A stretch of DNA of 64,000 bases from NCBI RefSeq assembly GCF_018977255.1, contig NW_024704742.1:25670001-25734000 (forward strand), in the 5' to 3' direction. Source of the DNA: Callorhinchus milii. Taxonomy: Eukaryota. The translations under genes were made by a program, and so were the position numbers. Positions 24,061 to 36,874 of the stretch are shown here, piece after piece. The notes beneath the pieces were generated by a model. The model saw only the letters and a program-made list of their open reading frames with translations, was not told the origin of the DNA and did no database searches. The stretch's first letter is position 1. Each line of letters begins with the position of its first letter.

Positions 24061-24524
24061 ATGTTATTTAGTAATTTTTGGCTCTTAAAAGGAGCACACC
24101 ACAAGGGTGCTGAGGAGTGGCTCGTGCTGATGTCCCTAAAAGTGTAATAACAGTTAAGCAATCCTCCAATTTTTGCCTCAATGTTTTGATATGATCTTGT
24201 GAAGGTAAGTGATATGAGTCTTGTTTATATGATTAGAGTAGAGCAACTTTGCTTTGCCCTTGCATTGATCATGCTACCACTTACTTATTACATAGACTTA
24301 TATAGCACGGAAGTAGGTTGTTCAGCCCATCCAATCGTTATTTACACTCCACAAGCCTGGGGTCTGACACATTCAGAAACCTATCACTATGCTTACAAGT
24401 TTCCAAATCAAATTGAGAGTTTACACTTAGAAATTACTGTGTAATGGAATGAATGCACAATCTCTCCCTGGAGAGACACATCCTGCTTAGGTGATTCCAG
24501 CTTGGGGCAACAGCTCAGAGTTTC

Positions 24525-25030
24525 CTCATCAGCTTTCTGATGGACATCTGCCTTCAGCATGGTGGGAGGACATTTACTGGACAGTTTGTGAGATGCCAGT
24601 CACCTTGATGTTCTCAAGGTCCTGTAGCTCAGTGGTTAGAGCACTCGCTTCGCAAGCGAGTGTCTTGGGTTCGATTCCTGGCAGGGTGAAATCTTGGGCA
24701 AGTTTCCTTACTCCACACGTCTGATAATAATCCCTCAAGAAAAAAACCCTACTATAATAAAATTGATCACTTCAATCCACGACTATTTGTGGGACACTGC
24801 TGTGCACAATTGGCTGCCACGTTTCGGCCACAAATATACAGTCAATTCACTTTACAGTATATTCATTGAAGCGCTTTGAGATGTCTAGAAGATGTGAAAA
24901 CGCTATATCAAATGCAAGGATTATTATTTATTTATTACAGGTCCAAGTCCAGTACTGGTTACCAGGCTTACTTAGCACCAGCTGCTTAATCCACGTTCTT
25001 ATGCGAAGGGCTTTGGCATATAGACCCCAC
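24525..25030 (+). repeat. Unclassified dispersed repeat (second, uninterrupted copy at about 44975-45135), split by a SINE
   Basis: ctgccttcag..tggtgggagg..ttac.ggacag and ggtccaagtcca..accaggcttact.agca.cagctgcttaatcca are shared between both loci. Confidence 0.75.
24619..24937 (+). mobile_element. SINE family A, short subfamily
   Basis: TAGCTCAGTGG Box A, GGTTCGATTCC Box B, anticodon-like arm CTCGC-TTCGCAA-GCGAG. Confidence 0.93.
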
Positions 25031-27619
25031 TACTTTCTCTCTCCCATATCCTCCATTCCTGTCTTCCCCATCTTATATCTAGCTTGCTCTTAAATGCATC
25101 TCTAATACCTGCTTCAAACCAGCACATTGGGCAACAAGTTACACAGTCTCACTACCCTCTAGCTGAAAACATTTCTCCTGAATTCACTTTTAGATCCCAT
25201 AATTGCTATATTATACTGACTCCCCAACAAATAGGAACAACTTATTTATGCTAACCTTATCGATCATTACAGTGGTAATATTCGTAACATTAGAGCTGTT
25301 TATTTCAATTACACCCCAGAGCTCCCAACCTTCTGACCTGTATTTGGGATTGAAGTCCGAGGTGTGGATCTGCCTTGGCAATAATAAAAGGTTTGATGAG
25401 AATCTCCCAACCTTTAGTGAAGGGAAGATTGTGAGAAAGTATATGGGGCGGGTAATGTATTACCTCCCAGTGGCACATGAACTGACTTGAGGGCAGTCTT
25501 TAGTGTAAACATTGTGGGATCCCATTCAGTTTGTGTCACCTTGACCTGAACTGAATGCAATAATGTGGTTGGACAATACAAATAGGGTGTTTTGGCAGTA
25601 AAGGTGGAGCCCTCAACATAGATTTGTTTTTCCAGCCGTGGCTGTGGCTTCAAATTTAGCTTTCCCATTTTTATACAGTGTATGGACAGGAAACAGTATG
25701 GACCAATGCCTTAAATGCAGCAGAAGATGCAAAATGCTGAACCTCTCCTTTTTAAAAGAAAAAATCCCTCTCTCTCCCTGTTCCCACCCAACGCTGATTA
25801 CATTATATCCCCATCCCCAAACTGAAAAAATGGTTAGCCCAAGGACCTGCTATTTCCCTGGATGTGGTGGCAATCTATATGTATTAAATATTATATTTGC
25901 GCTCTCCTGAAATATTGTATGTAGCTTTCTGCATTCCTAGGTTGAAATCCCAGGTTGGAAAATCTGCGAATTATTAGCCAAGGGCCTTTGGACTTTCTCA
26001 GAGATAGCAAAGTGTTGCAGTAAAATAAGGTCACATGCTTCTACTAAATTAACACTGTCACAGGTTGAGTGTATGTCCTGTGTACTGGGGTCACCTTCCA
26101 ATCCTGCCTCTCATTCTGTGCTGTGCAACAGTTATTGGCAGCTATATTGTTAGCAACAGTTCTTAAAATTAGTCTGTTGGCTCAAAGCAAACCTGTGCAA
26201 GTTTCCCCCATTCCGCCTCAGTGCCCAGCTGGCCTTAGACGAAACTAGTGCATTATAGCATTGTGAAGAGAGAGAGAGTAAAAAGCATGATTTGCAACTT
26301 GCTCGGCAAGTGCAGTAAATGCAGCCTGATTTAAAAAATCACATCGACCACAGATTGAATGGGAGTTAATATGATCGCTTCGATACCACGCATTATACAG
26401 CGTTCCAAGGTCTATATAATACTGACTGGACAGGGCACGTTGTAATAATCATCAGTAAAAGTGTCTGGCTCCAAAGAGTGGCTCCCTTACCTCAGTGTGC
26501 CTCGTGCTCTTTGTGTCGTCTCATTATTTCATGCCCAGAGCAAGAGAAAACTGCTTGCGGTGAGAGTCTTGCGGAAGTAAAATGCAGAGAATAGCTCCAC
26601 AGTTAGAAACCAGATATATCATACTATTGTGCAAGTTATAATTATCTCTGTTTTACTCACCCCGGGGGTGAGAGCGTCCATATGTAATATTCCTGGTACT
26701 GCAAAACTAAACATTTCTTTAAGAACATGATTTAACCAAAATCTAATTTCTTCATTTGAGTCAAACACAGCTTCTTAAAATATAAATCCACAAGCGGTCT
26801 GAAATATAAATATAAATCTGAAGCGATATCACAAGCATAGATGTTGCTTCTTATTTGGAAGGATTATTCTTTATTTATTATTGTACATGTTATATGGTGT
26901 TTGGAGAAGGATAGAAACAAATACTTGTAAGGTTGTAGCTGAGATGATTTACCTGTTATTGTACTTTGTCGTTTCATTGCTTTAGGATTTCTAAGATTGT
27001 AAAGTACTGTTTGTTTTGCCTGTGCGAATCAGCATTGGCTGTGAATTGAATTCAGAGTCTCATCGCTCCGAGCGATGGAGCAAGCCTGACCTCTGGCCGA
27101 TTGTTTGCTTCTGCTCAGAATGTGTGAGTAGACACTTCCACCGTTTGACCCTGGGTTGGAGCCGGCTTCAACTGTGAAGCTGGAGGTTCACAGCGGGACT
27201 GTTGCAAATGGCAGCTATGAATCTCATGGCCTTTTCTGTGAGAAAAACGAACTCGGCATGTGTGCTCTGCTAATAATTTCATACCCCCCAGCACATAATC
27301 TAAATCTAGTGAGAGCTTCAGGTAGAAACATTGAGCTACTGTGTTCAGATTGGCTCATACTCGTTCAAAATGAAGACCACCTCGACAAGGTGTGCAGTCT
27401 GAATGGTGCTGAAGGGAAGTGGGTAAGATTTATTATTAATTCCTGCTTGAACATACTCATTAGAAAATTTTAGCTTTTGAGTTTTGAAGACATTACAAGT
27501 TAAATGCTCACTGGCGTGTCAGGATCTAGACGGTTATGTCATAAGCGAGGTCAGAGAAAACTCTGAAGTTGTGATTTTCCCATGAGTTATTTAAATTTAT
27601 TTTTCCTTTCCAGCCCTGC

Positions 27620-27998
27620 ATTGGGACTTTGAGCTGATTGTCCCATTTGACACTCCAGTGCAGTGCTAGGAGAGGGTTGCATTGTCGGAGGGTCAGTCTT
27701 TCAGATGAGACATTAAACTGAGGTCCTGTCTGTTTGTTCAGAAGGATGTTAAAGATCCCATGGCAACACTGGAAAAGAGGGAGGATTTTCTCCCAGTCAG
27801 TGTCCTGGCCAGCAATCCTCCAGATAACTTAGTTGGTTGTTTCATGACTGTTTGTGGGACATTGCTGGGTGCAAATTGGCTGCTGCCTTTGCCCACAAAT
27901 ACACAGTCACTACACGATGCAGAAACTTTGTGAAGAACTTTGTGATGTTCTCAATGTTTCAGGCACAATACCAAATGCAAGGATTATTTATTTATTAT
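27620..27998 (+). mobile_element. SINE family B
   Basis: tcagatgagacattaaactgaggtcc...gttaaagatcccatggca, Deu-like, tail. Confidence 0.88.
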
Positions 27999-29719
27999 TC
28001 CCTTTACAGAGGATGGGGGTGCTTGATTGTGATCAGGAAAGGTAGTACTGTCTGATCTCTCTCAAAGTACTACAGGGTACAGTGAGGCCAATTGTAGTTC
28101 TCCACCCACTGGCACAACAGCTGAGATCAACTAACTCCGGACAGACTGAGGATCGATCTGAGACCTTCTAGGTCTGTTTGTGAAGTGAGTGGATATACCA
28201 ATTTTAAATGTGTTTCATGAATTGGTAAAACTGACTCTGAGCATTGTGACAGTCCACACCCTCCGTTTATTTTGAGTGAGGCTGGGTCTTGTCAGATCCT
28301 GTCATCCAGCCTGAGTAACCTCACGGACAAGCTGATTATTGACCCAGAACACAGGAAAAGTGAAAAGAATTAATGTGTCAATGTTTAAGGGGAACCTTAT
28401 TGCACAACCAATCCTACTCTTTACACAGAATGAAAGCGGCATTCACACCAATGTCTATAGAAATGCACTTAGCCTCAGGACATTGGCAATGACTGCAGAC
28501 ATACATTTCACTTTATTAAGTGTTTTGTTGTGAATTACTGTTGCAGAACAGCAAGGCTTATGCCTGAGAAGGAGAGAGAAAGAACCATCGGTGGATTTGG
28601 AGCTAAACGCGCTCTCCTTTAATCCTACTGTAAAAAGAAATCTATCTGCTGTAGCTTCAGTCCTCTGACTTCAGATTCTTAACACTCAACACCACACAGT
28701 TTTGTAAGTTAACCACCCAACACTGCGAGACAAGGGTCTAAATGTACTTTACTTAAACATCAGTAAATTGCAGTAAATATTGCTTTTCACTGTTTTATTT
28801 TAAAGGCACTTGTTTTTATAGTTTTTTAAAAAAGTTTGGTACTTTTTGTTGCTCTGACATGTTATCTCATAGTACCCTTTCACCACTCCCTCCCCCTCCC
28901 CCGAGTTGGAAATGGTTGCTTCTGTTGATATGATTCTGTTTTATCTAAGTTCATCATCTCCACAAGCTTTATAAGATACCTCATGGCCACTAAATGCATC
29001 GCGTGATAAGCTTCCAGCTATCCCATGAGATCTAACGTTCTCAATAATGGCTCAATCACATGGCCCAAGGAAGTTAATCATTGCAAATGAGAAAGATGAT
29101 TGTCTTGTGAAAGTGGAGTGAACTCTGATTCCCAAACTCACATGTACAAAAGTGGGTTACTCTGTGCCACTTTACAATTGGGTATGTACTGCTTGTTCAG
29201 CCATTCAGGTGTACCATAGATATGTGTACTCCTTCAAGTCTGTACTATGTATGTCCTGGTGGCAAGTGATATCCTGATGTCCATTGTATATATCCTGTCA
29301 AGTGGGTAGCAGTGATTCAGTGATGTATGTTCATCCTCATGAGTGTAGCAGTGATGTGTGCATTTACTCAAGTGTACTAATGCTCCAAGATGCTACTCAT
29401 GTATACGGCATTATATGTTGTTGTACTAGTGCCATACCTATCAGTGCACATATGTCCCCAATTTAAGTGTACTCTTATAAGGGGTACACTTAAATTTAAT
29501 GTATTTGTGCAATGTATATATGCCACTCAAGTATATATGTGTTAAAATGTTTAATTTTTGGAAAAACAAGTTTTCCCCTATTAATTCTGAGGGAACCTGT
29601 TATTATGGAGCATTTTAATTCTCACTGTTGTAAAATGGGAATTTGTTAATCATCCTTCTAATGAAGAGGCTAACTTTTTTGCCCAGTTATCTATAGCTAG
29701 CAACACTGCATACATATTA

Positions 29720-30080
29720 GGGGAGTCTAAGAGGAAAATCTAATAAAGATTTTCAGTTATGAATGTTTTGATATGTTAAATAGAAAGAGCTTATTTCCAC
29801 TGATCAGCAAGTCAGCAACAAAAAGGCATCGATCGAGGATTAAATGTTAAAAGCAAAATATGGGAGGAGGTTAGAGGAAATATTTTTTGTCACAAATAGT
29901 TGTTGGAAGGCAGCAGCATTTAAAAGGAAACTGGATGAAGACTCGAGGAAAAACTAATATTAAATGGTATGAGGAAAGGCAGGGGAACAGGACTAGAGTA
30001 GATACCCCAGAGGGGTGGGGTCACATCAGTACAGGTACGATGGGCTGAAAGGTCTTCTTCTGTGTTGTAAATCTTCTATA
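29720..30080 (+). mobile_element. CR1 3' end, old
   Basis: Degenerate RG.LI..F and TRGH region, then gatgggctgaaaggtcttcttctgtg 3' UTR. Confidence 0.7.
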
Positions 30081-30892
30081 ATTAGACAGTCTTTTTGTAA
30101 GACTCTGCCTTTGACAAGCTTGGCCAGTCTGCTCCCCCCAACTCCACTCAAACGGCACCTTTGTAGCCTATGCAGAAGGGTCATGCTACAGTAGAATCAA
30201 TATACATTACTGCAAAAAGAAGTCTTTAAATAGAAACTTGCAACAATATTTCTGTTCAAACCACAATTGTGAATAATTTGAAGTGCCAGATACAATCAGC
30301 CATGTGATTACATCATCAATCACGTCACGCACAAGTCTCTGCATGTAAAATGCAACACGTGTCACAATAAGTTTTATTATGGCAATAACACCCCTTTAAA
30401 ATACACCAGACAGGAAACTCTGTGATGAAGAGCAGGTCATGCTCAGGTCGTCTCCAGTAATCTTCAGCATCTGTCACATTGATGGGTACAGCCTCTGGAG
30501 ACCTGTTTAATAAACATCTAAACAGACCTGTGGAGCTTCTTAATGAAATGCAGAATGAACAAAGCAACTTTATGGTCAATATATCCAATGCACTACCCAA
30601 AAAGAGAGTCATGAATAAGGTAATATTTTGGTATGTGCCAGTCTTATAAAGTCCTATGATGAGTGTATGTATGAGGAAATAATTCAAACCTGCTTATTTC
30701 ATGCATCCAGCGACAATGTCTATTGGGAGAGCAACCCTGGACTGAGTTTGCTTTGAACAAGATGTTTTAATACCACCTTTAAGAGCTGATTTAAATGACA
30801 TTACAACCATTGACTTTCTGAGTCGTAGAGGTACTTGTTACACCAATGTAGCAGGTAACAGGGGTGATCCTGACATGCCAACAGCTCGGAAA

Positions 30893-31345
30893 ATAATAAC
30901 AATAATAAACCTTGCATTTAATACAGTACCTTATCACATTGTCAAGATATCTCAAAACACTTCTCAGGATATACTGTAAAATGTATTGACTGTGAATTTT
31001 GCGGTTGAAATGTGACAGCCATTTTTGCAGATAACAATGCCCCACAAACAGACATGAAATGAATGACATATTTTATTTGAGGGATTTGTTGGCCAGGACA
31101 CTGGAAGAAACTCCTTTCTCTTTTTGAATAGTGCCATTAGATAGATCTTTAACGTCCACTAAAAGGCAGTCGGCACCTCGGTTTAACACCTCATCAGAAG
31201 GACGGCATCTCCGACAATACAACCCCCGCCCCACACTACATTGGAGTGGCAACTTAGACTATGTGATTCCATGTCCTGATGTGAAGGTTGAACCCGCAAC
31301 CTTCTGACTCAGAGGTGAGAGTGCTACCGCCGCACTAAGCTGACG
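30893..31345 (-). mobile_element. SINE family B, full length
   Basis: Head gcggtagcactctcacctctgagtcagaaggttgcgggttcaa, Meta-like, Deu-like, tail. Confidence 0.9.
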
Positions 31346-33849
31346 CAGACAAGGACGAGAAAAGCTAAACAATAAAAAAACTCAAAAAAGGATTAAAAGT
31401 AATATTTTATAATCTTAATGTCATAAATATGACTATTGTAAATGGAAATTTGTTAACCAATCATCTAATAAAGAAGCTTTAATAATAATATCATTACATT
31501 TGATTTAGCGCCTTATCATGTCTTTGAGACGTCTCAAAGTGCTTCACAGATTATACTGTAGAGTGTAGTGACTGTATTTTGTGGGCAAAACCTTTGTTAG
31601 GTAACCTTTGTTGCCTAGCTGTCTACAGTGAGCAACATTGCAAATGGGGGGAGGCAGCTTAAAAGGAGGATATCATAAAGATTTTCAAAATTATGAACAT
31701 TTTTGATACGATAAATAGAAAGAATTCATTTCCACTTACTGGCAATCAGTAACAAGAAGGCACCGATTGAGGATTGACATGAAAAGCAAATGTGAGTGAG
31801 GAGAGAAAGACTGAAAAGATTGAGGATGTTGGAGCATGATGTAAGGAGGCGTTGGCGAGAGTCAGTGGAGTATGGCTTCTGTCTTATTTATTATAAGATC
31901 AAGAAAGTTGAGGATCATTCAGGTCTTGATATCTGACAGGAAGCCAGACCAAACATCAGTGGACCTGGAATCCAGGGTAGAAAGTGAGAGATAGACTTGG
32001 GCATCATCCACATATATGTGAAAACTAAACCCATGTTTGTGAATGAATGGGCAGCAGGGGAAGGAAACTCAGACTCAGTGAGATGGGTAAGGGAAGTAAT
32101 TTCAACACTGCTGATAATGGTATCACCCTGTAGCCTAAATTGCGAGTGGAGGGAAGTGCATGAAATCATCTAAGTACTCTTTAATGCAAGTTTAAGAAAA
32201 TTGTTCATTTGATTCATGGCTGTTTGTGGGATATTGCTGTGCGCAATTGTGTTGCCGCATTTGCCTCCAAATACACAGATACTTCCATTTTACAGTAATT
32301 CCTGTGAGGCGCTTTGAGATGTCCTTCTGACGGGATAAGGCACTATACCAAATGCAAGGATTATTTAAAGAAAACTTGTTGAATGGTCTAAAACTGAGTA
32401 CGACCTCCTCCCCCGTATTCCATGATAAAAAACCTTCTGGTTAAAAAAATATTTTGGATGCGCTAGACGAGAAAAATTAGGGACGGCAGGTAATAAAAGA
32501 GTTAACCAAAATACAAGGGCAGAAAGCAAGCAACAGTTTGGAGTTAAAAGCCAGGAAAGGAACAACAAAGGAACCATTATGTTACCTACTGAAAGCTAAT
32601 CCCTCCAAACTGTGCTGGCATCACCAGGCCTGACACACAATCAGAAGACATTACATCCTTTAAGGTTCGGTGGAAAAAAACCCTCCAGCTTTTGAAGATA
32701 AACACCATCCCACTGAGAAAGCACTGACAGCTTTCCTATTGGGGAAATTTCTGTTGTTGTCATGTTGAAAGGACTTCACTTAGATAAAGCCAAACAAATT
32801 ACAAGTTGAAGTTGTGATCAAAACAGCAACAGTGAAATTGTTACTTGGAACATAATTAATATGGCATGACTATGTCGACTTCACAGTGAGGGGTACACAC
32901 ACACACACAGCCTCATTGCAAATGAGATACATTTTTTGTATATTTCTAAACTGAGGGGAATGGAAATTGTTGCTAATTAAGAGTGAAGTGATCTCGCCCC
33001 GTTTTCCCATTCCACTTTTTGCAATTATTATTAACATATTGCGTTAGTTCCTCTTCTGCGTAGTGTGTCTTCATCCCTGATTCAAACGCCTTTGGCTCTA
33101 TTGCTGCTTTTGACGTTGATCACAGTTGCTAAGCTATTCCACAACTCTTTCTCTACTCAATGCTGTGACTACTTTTTTTCTTACTGTTTGTTTGCACAAA
33201 GTGAAGTAACACTTCGGTTGTCTGTTTTTCTATTTAATGGAGTAGAAAGATAACTGCAATTCGATGAGAAATCCTCAGCCTGTTTGCCACTAAACTGTTC
33301 ACTTTATTTTGAGTGCAATTGTATTTTCCAGCTCACTGAGCAAGCACACAGCTCAATGGCAGCAGGAAGTAGTTCATTGAAAAGCCCAGGCTCTGGGATG
33401 GCTTTGACGAGATGAAGCCGGTCTTACAGCCAGGAAGGATTTTCTTTCCCCCTCCTGGGTAACTTACACCACTCTTAAACGTGTAAATTTGTCCGCAGTG
33501 CCTTTCATAAGCGCGGTAATCCCATTACTGACAAATGAAGACGTAATCACAGTTTATTCAGCAGTCATTTGAAGCCCTCAACTAGCATTGTCTGTGGGAG
33601 AATAGAAGCTCCAATTGGCTGGAACTGACTTACCATCCCTCCTGTGGCGATATCAAGGAAAATCAGAAATGGAAGGGAAAACTGGATGATTGTGTCGGAC
33701 AACATTATCACCAACAAAAGAGAAATTATTTAATAACCTCCATCTACAGTTTGGCTCCAACCCCACCCCCCCCCCACCCCCCGACCCCGACCCCTAAAAC
33801 GACGCATGACTCGCTTTTCTGGGGATACTAATCCATCAATAAATAATAA

Positions 33850-34078
33850 TTTAGTCACTCAATCCATGACTGTTTGTGGGATACTGCTATGCGCAATTGG
33901 TTGCTGTGTTTCACCGACAAAATACAATACAATTTAAAATTACATTTGTATAGCGCCTTTCACGTTGGGAGGACGTCCCAAGGCGCTGGATGTACAGTCA
34001 ATTCACTTTACAGTGTATTCTGAAGTACTTTGATACATGTCTCAGAAACGCTATATCAAATGCAAGGATTATTATTAT
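33850..34078 (+). mobile_element. SINE family A 3' part containing an antisense L2 tip of about 55 bp (33937-33990)
   Basis: The Deu-like block is interrupted by aattacatttgtatagcgcctttcacg...aaggcgctgg. Confidence 0.85.
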
Positions 34079-35444
34079 AGAAAACAACCCCTTCCCCTCT
34101 TTTAGGCTAACAGATATCATGAGCGACTTCACGGACAATAATGAAAACATTTTTCTTGTGAGTAATAATCCACAGGCTAACTTCATCAAAGAAACAACTC
34201 ACCTTTGTTTTGCTGGGTAGCAATTTTCTGCCATCAAGGCTGCTTTAGCTCAACGTCTATGGGGGATTGAGGTAATAAGAGGCACATTCTGTGATGTGGA
34301 TGCTAACTGCTCCATTGTGCAACACCTCTGGCTTTTCCTTAATCCACCACCTTTAGGATCCTCAAACAGCACTTTGATGTCCTAAAAAGGTTTAAGACTT
34401 AAAGACTGTGTGAAGGCATTACACATCTGTGTCAAATTGAGCTTTAAGCACGGATCCCTTTTCCCTCTATTTTTCAACCCAAAGAAACCCAGTTTGATAT
34501 ATTGTATCTAACCAAACCAACTGTGATAAAGGTATATTAGGTTTAAAACCACAATTGAAAAGGTACTTTACATTACAATAAACAGCCTCGAGCACAGAGG
34601 ACATTATTTGAGCTGTTGAATAAAACAGCAATTAGCTCTTCAAGGCATTAGTCCTCATTATGACATATTTATTATCATTTTTTCCTTTCAACAATTATCA
34701 GATTGAAAGTTAAGCTTTCCTTTTTCATGCTCAGGGTAACTGTCTGCAGACTTTAGCTTTTCTGATAAGCTTCCACATGTCAAGAAACTGACAATTCAAC
34801 CACATACTCTGCAGTCTGGGAGTTTGCAACAAGTATGTGCAGGTGAAGGGAAAGCACAATTTGAGAAGTATTCAAAGGAGGATTGTAATCACGGCGGGGA
34901 GTGGGGGAGCTTTGAAATGACTCCTTTCCTTCAAATGTCCCAAACACTCCGCATTGAAGAAAACTTTTTGCTGGCGATGAGTGTTAATTTTCATGCATTT
35001 GAAAAACATACATTGTGAAAAATGAGGTGCTTTATAACAGATTCAACATTATCAGATGTGTTGTCAAATTTATTAAGAAGCATTGCATTTTTCCTTCTTT
35101 TCCATTCCAGATGGAATTATTGGGGGCAGGGGATTGTGAAAAATGGCATTGTACGCACAGCAGATCACCAATAGCCAATAAAGCAAAAAGCCAGATGCTT
35201 GCTTATTACTTGTTTTGCCGGTTTGTTCTTCCTCCGATGATGTCCTCTTCGGTCTTGAATGTGCTCGCTCAGTTAGAGTATGTGTGCCAGCTTCCTGTCA
35301 AGTAACCATTCTTCATGTGTGAGTTCAGCCGACTATTCACTGCAGAGACACATCACACAGCAGTTTAACTCTGTCCTCCACTGATACTTTCACACACAGA
35401 CATACACAAAATAATTTCAGCAAGATCACTGGACAGAGAGCCAC

Positions 35445-35659
35445 TGAGACCTGAAATTCCACCTGGTTTACCTGAAGATCGCACAGAACTGAGGGATATT
35501 CTTTAATTAAATCTTAATTTAGAATCCGGTTCTTTTAAGAGCTGCAGAAAGCTTACTTCCAAATTAAGACTGAATTTAAAATTTTTCCACAATTCTGAGC
35601 AATCTTAAATTTTGAGTCACAATTTTACAGGCTATGCCTCGGTGGAATTATAGGCCTCA
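35445..35659. mobile_element. Palindromic MITE-like family 1
   Basis: TIRs tgagacctgaaattccacc / ggtggaattataggcctca; internal arms are also complementary. Confidence 0.75.
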
Positions 35660-35749
35660 AAGCAGAACCCAAGTTGATTTTTCTTCTGCCTATTCCTGGG
35701 GCAGTGAGGTAATTTTAATACTGTTGCTCTATGGAGAATAGATATACAA

Positions 35750-35985
35750 ATTCAGAAGCATTTTTTCAAACATCATGGAAATCTGGAACTCTCTCCCCCA
35801 AAAAGACTGTGGATGCTGGATCCATTCAAATTTTCAAGACTGAGGTGGATAGATTTTTGTTAGGTAAGAGCATCAAGGGATATGGGGCAAAGGTGGGTAA
35901 TTGGAGTTGACGTACAGATCAGCCATGATCTAACAGAATGGCAGAACAGGCTCGAGAGGCTGAATGGCCTACTCTTGTTCCTAAG
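35750..35985 (+). mobile_element. CR1 3' end
   Basis: WNSLPQK..FKTEVDRFL..IKGYG; gaggctgaatggcctactcttgttcc. Confidence 0.9.
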
Positions 35986-36874
35986 TAACACAGAACAAGG
36001 ATTAAACCCACCACCATCCGGACCTATATGCCCCAGCACACCAATAAATCTTATTGGTTTTCTGTACAATTATATACGGAATTATATATTATATACAGAA
36101 TTATAATTATATATTATATACAGTAACTGATTACTGCTCCCATTTAATCGTGATATACAGAAGTTTTTAAAAGCATACTTTTTTGTGCTGTGACCTATTC
36201 GCTTTGTTGTGATTTTATCTGTAAGATTAAAATCGCTGGGTTGGCAAAAGATGCAAACAATACATTAGCCAATATTAAATTGATTTATGTCCCTTTTATA
36301 CTGCTGGAAGTGATGTAATGTGAAGGCCAAGTGAAAGATGAAAGTAACCATGCAGCACAATAGTTGTCCAACAAGAACCGCCCTACCTGTTGCCTTTGGT
36401 TAGCAGGATTGAGCACATGCCTGTGCCAGACATGTCTCATTGCAGTCAGTTTTTCCCCAGGGAGACCCTCCCCTTCCCCCGCACCAAAGAAAGCTAAAGG
36501 GGTGAAAAATACGATATGTGACAAGCTAATTGTCACTGACGATGTTTCTCACATACTACATTTTCCACTGTTTTTTAGACAAAGTACTATTTGATCATCT
36601 CAAAAGAAAACGTATTGCAACTGGTGCTTTATAAAAGTGAAGAGAGTACTGATGGATATTTGTGAGACAGTCTTCAGCAATTATGCAGTGCTGCAGGAGA
36701 AGGGAACTCAGTATTAACTCAGAGCTAGCACCCGGTTTATGCTTATATTAAAGTGGGTTTCAATGCTGCTTGACATCTCCTGGTTTCGTAACCCCCACCC
36801 CCATCTACTATGGAGGCAAATTGGATACAACCTGGAGCAATTCAGGACTAATTGGACTGGTGAACTGGATCCTG

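Noticed and set aside
24619..24695. tRNA-Ala-like sequence (and other SINE heads)
   Set aside because: No paired acceptor stem, and it continues into the SINE body. These are SINE heads, not tRNA genes.
26040..26440. miR-200-family-like seeds (taacactg, taatactg)
   Set aside because: Seed only; the mature sequence and hairpin do not match.
27061..27077. Palindrome catcgctc-c-gagcgatg
   Set aside because: An isolated 8-bp arm is expected by chance in 64 kb.
35111..35185. YWGQG motif resembling an immunoglobulin J segment after a strong acceptor
   Set aside because: No TxVTV continuation, no recombination signal upstream and no donor at the expected place.
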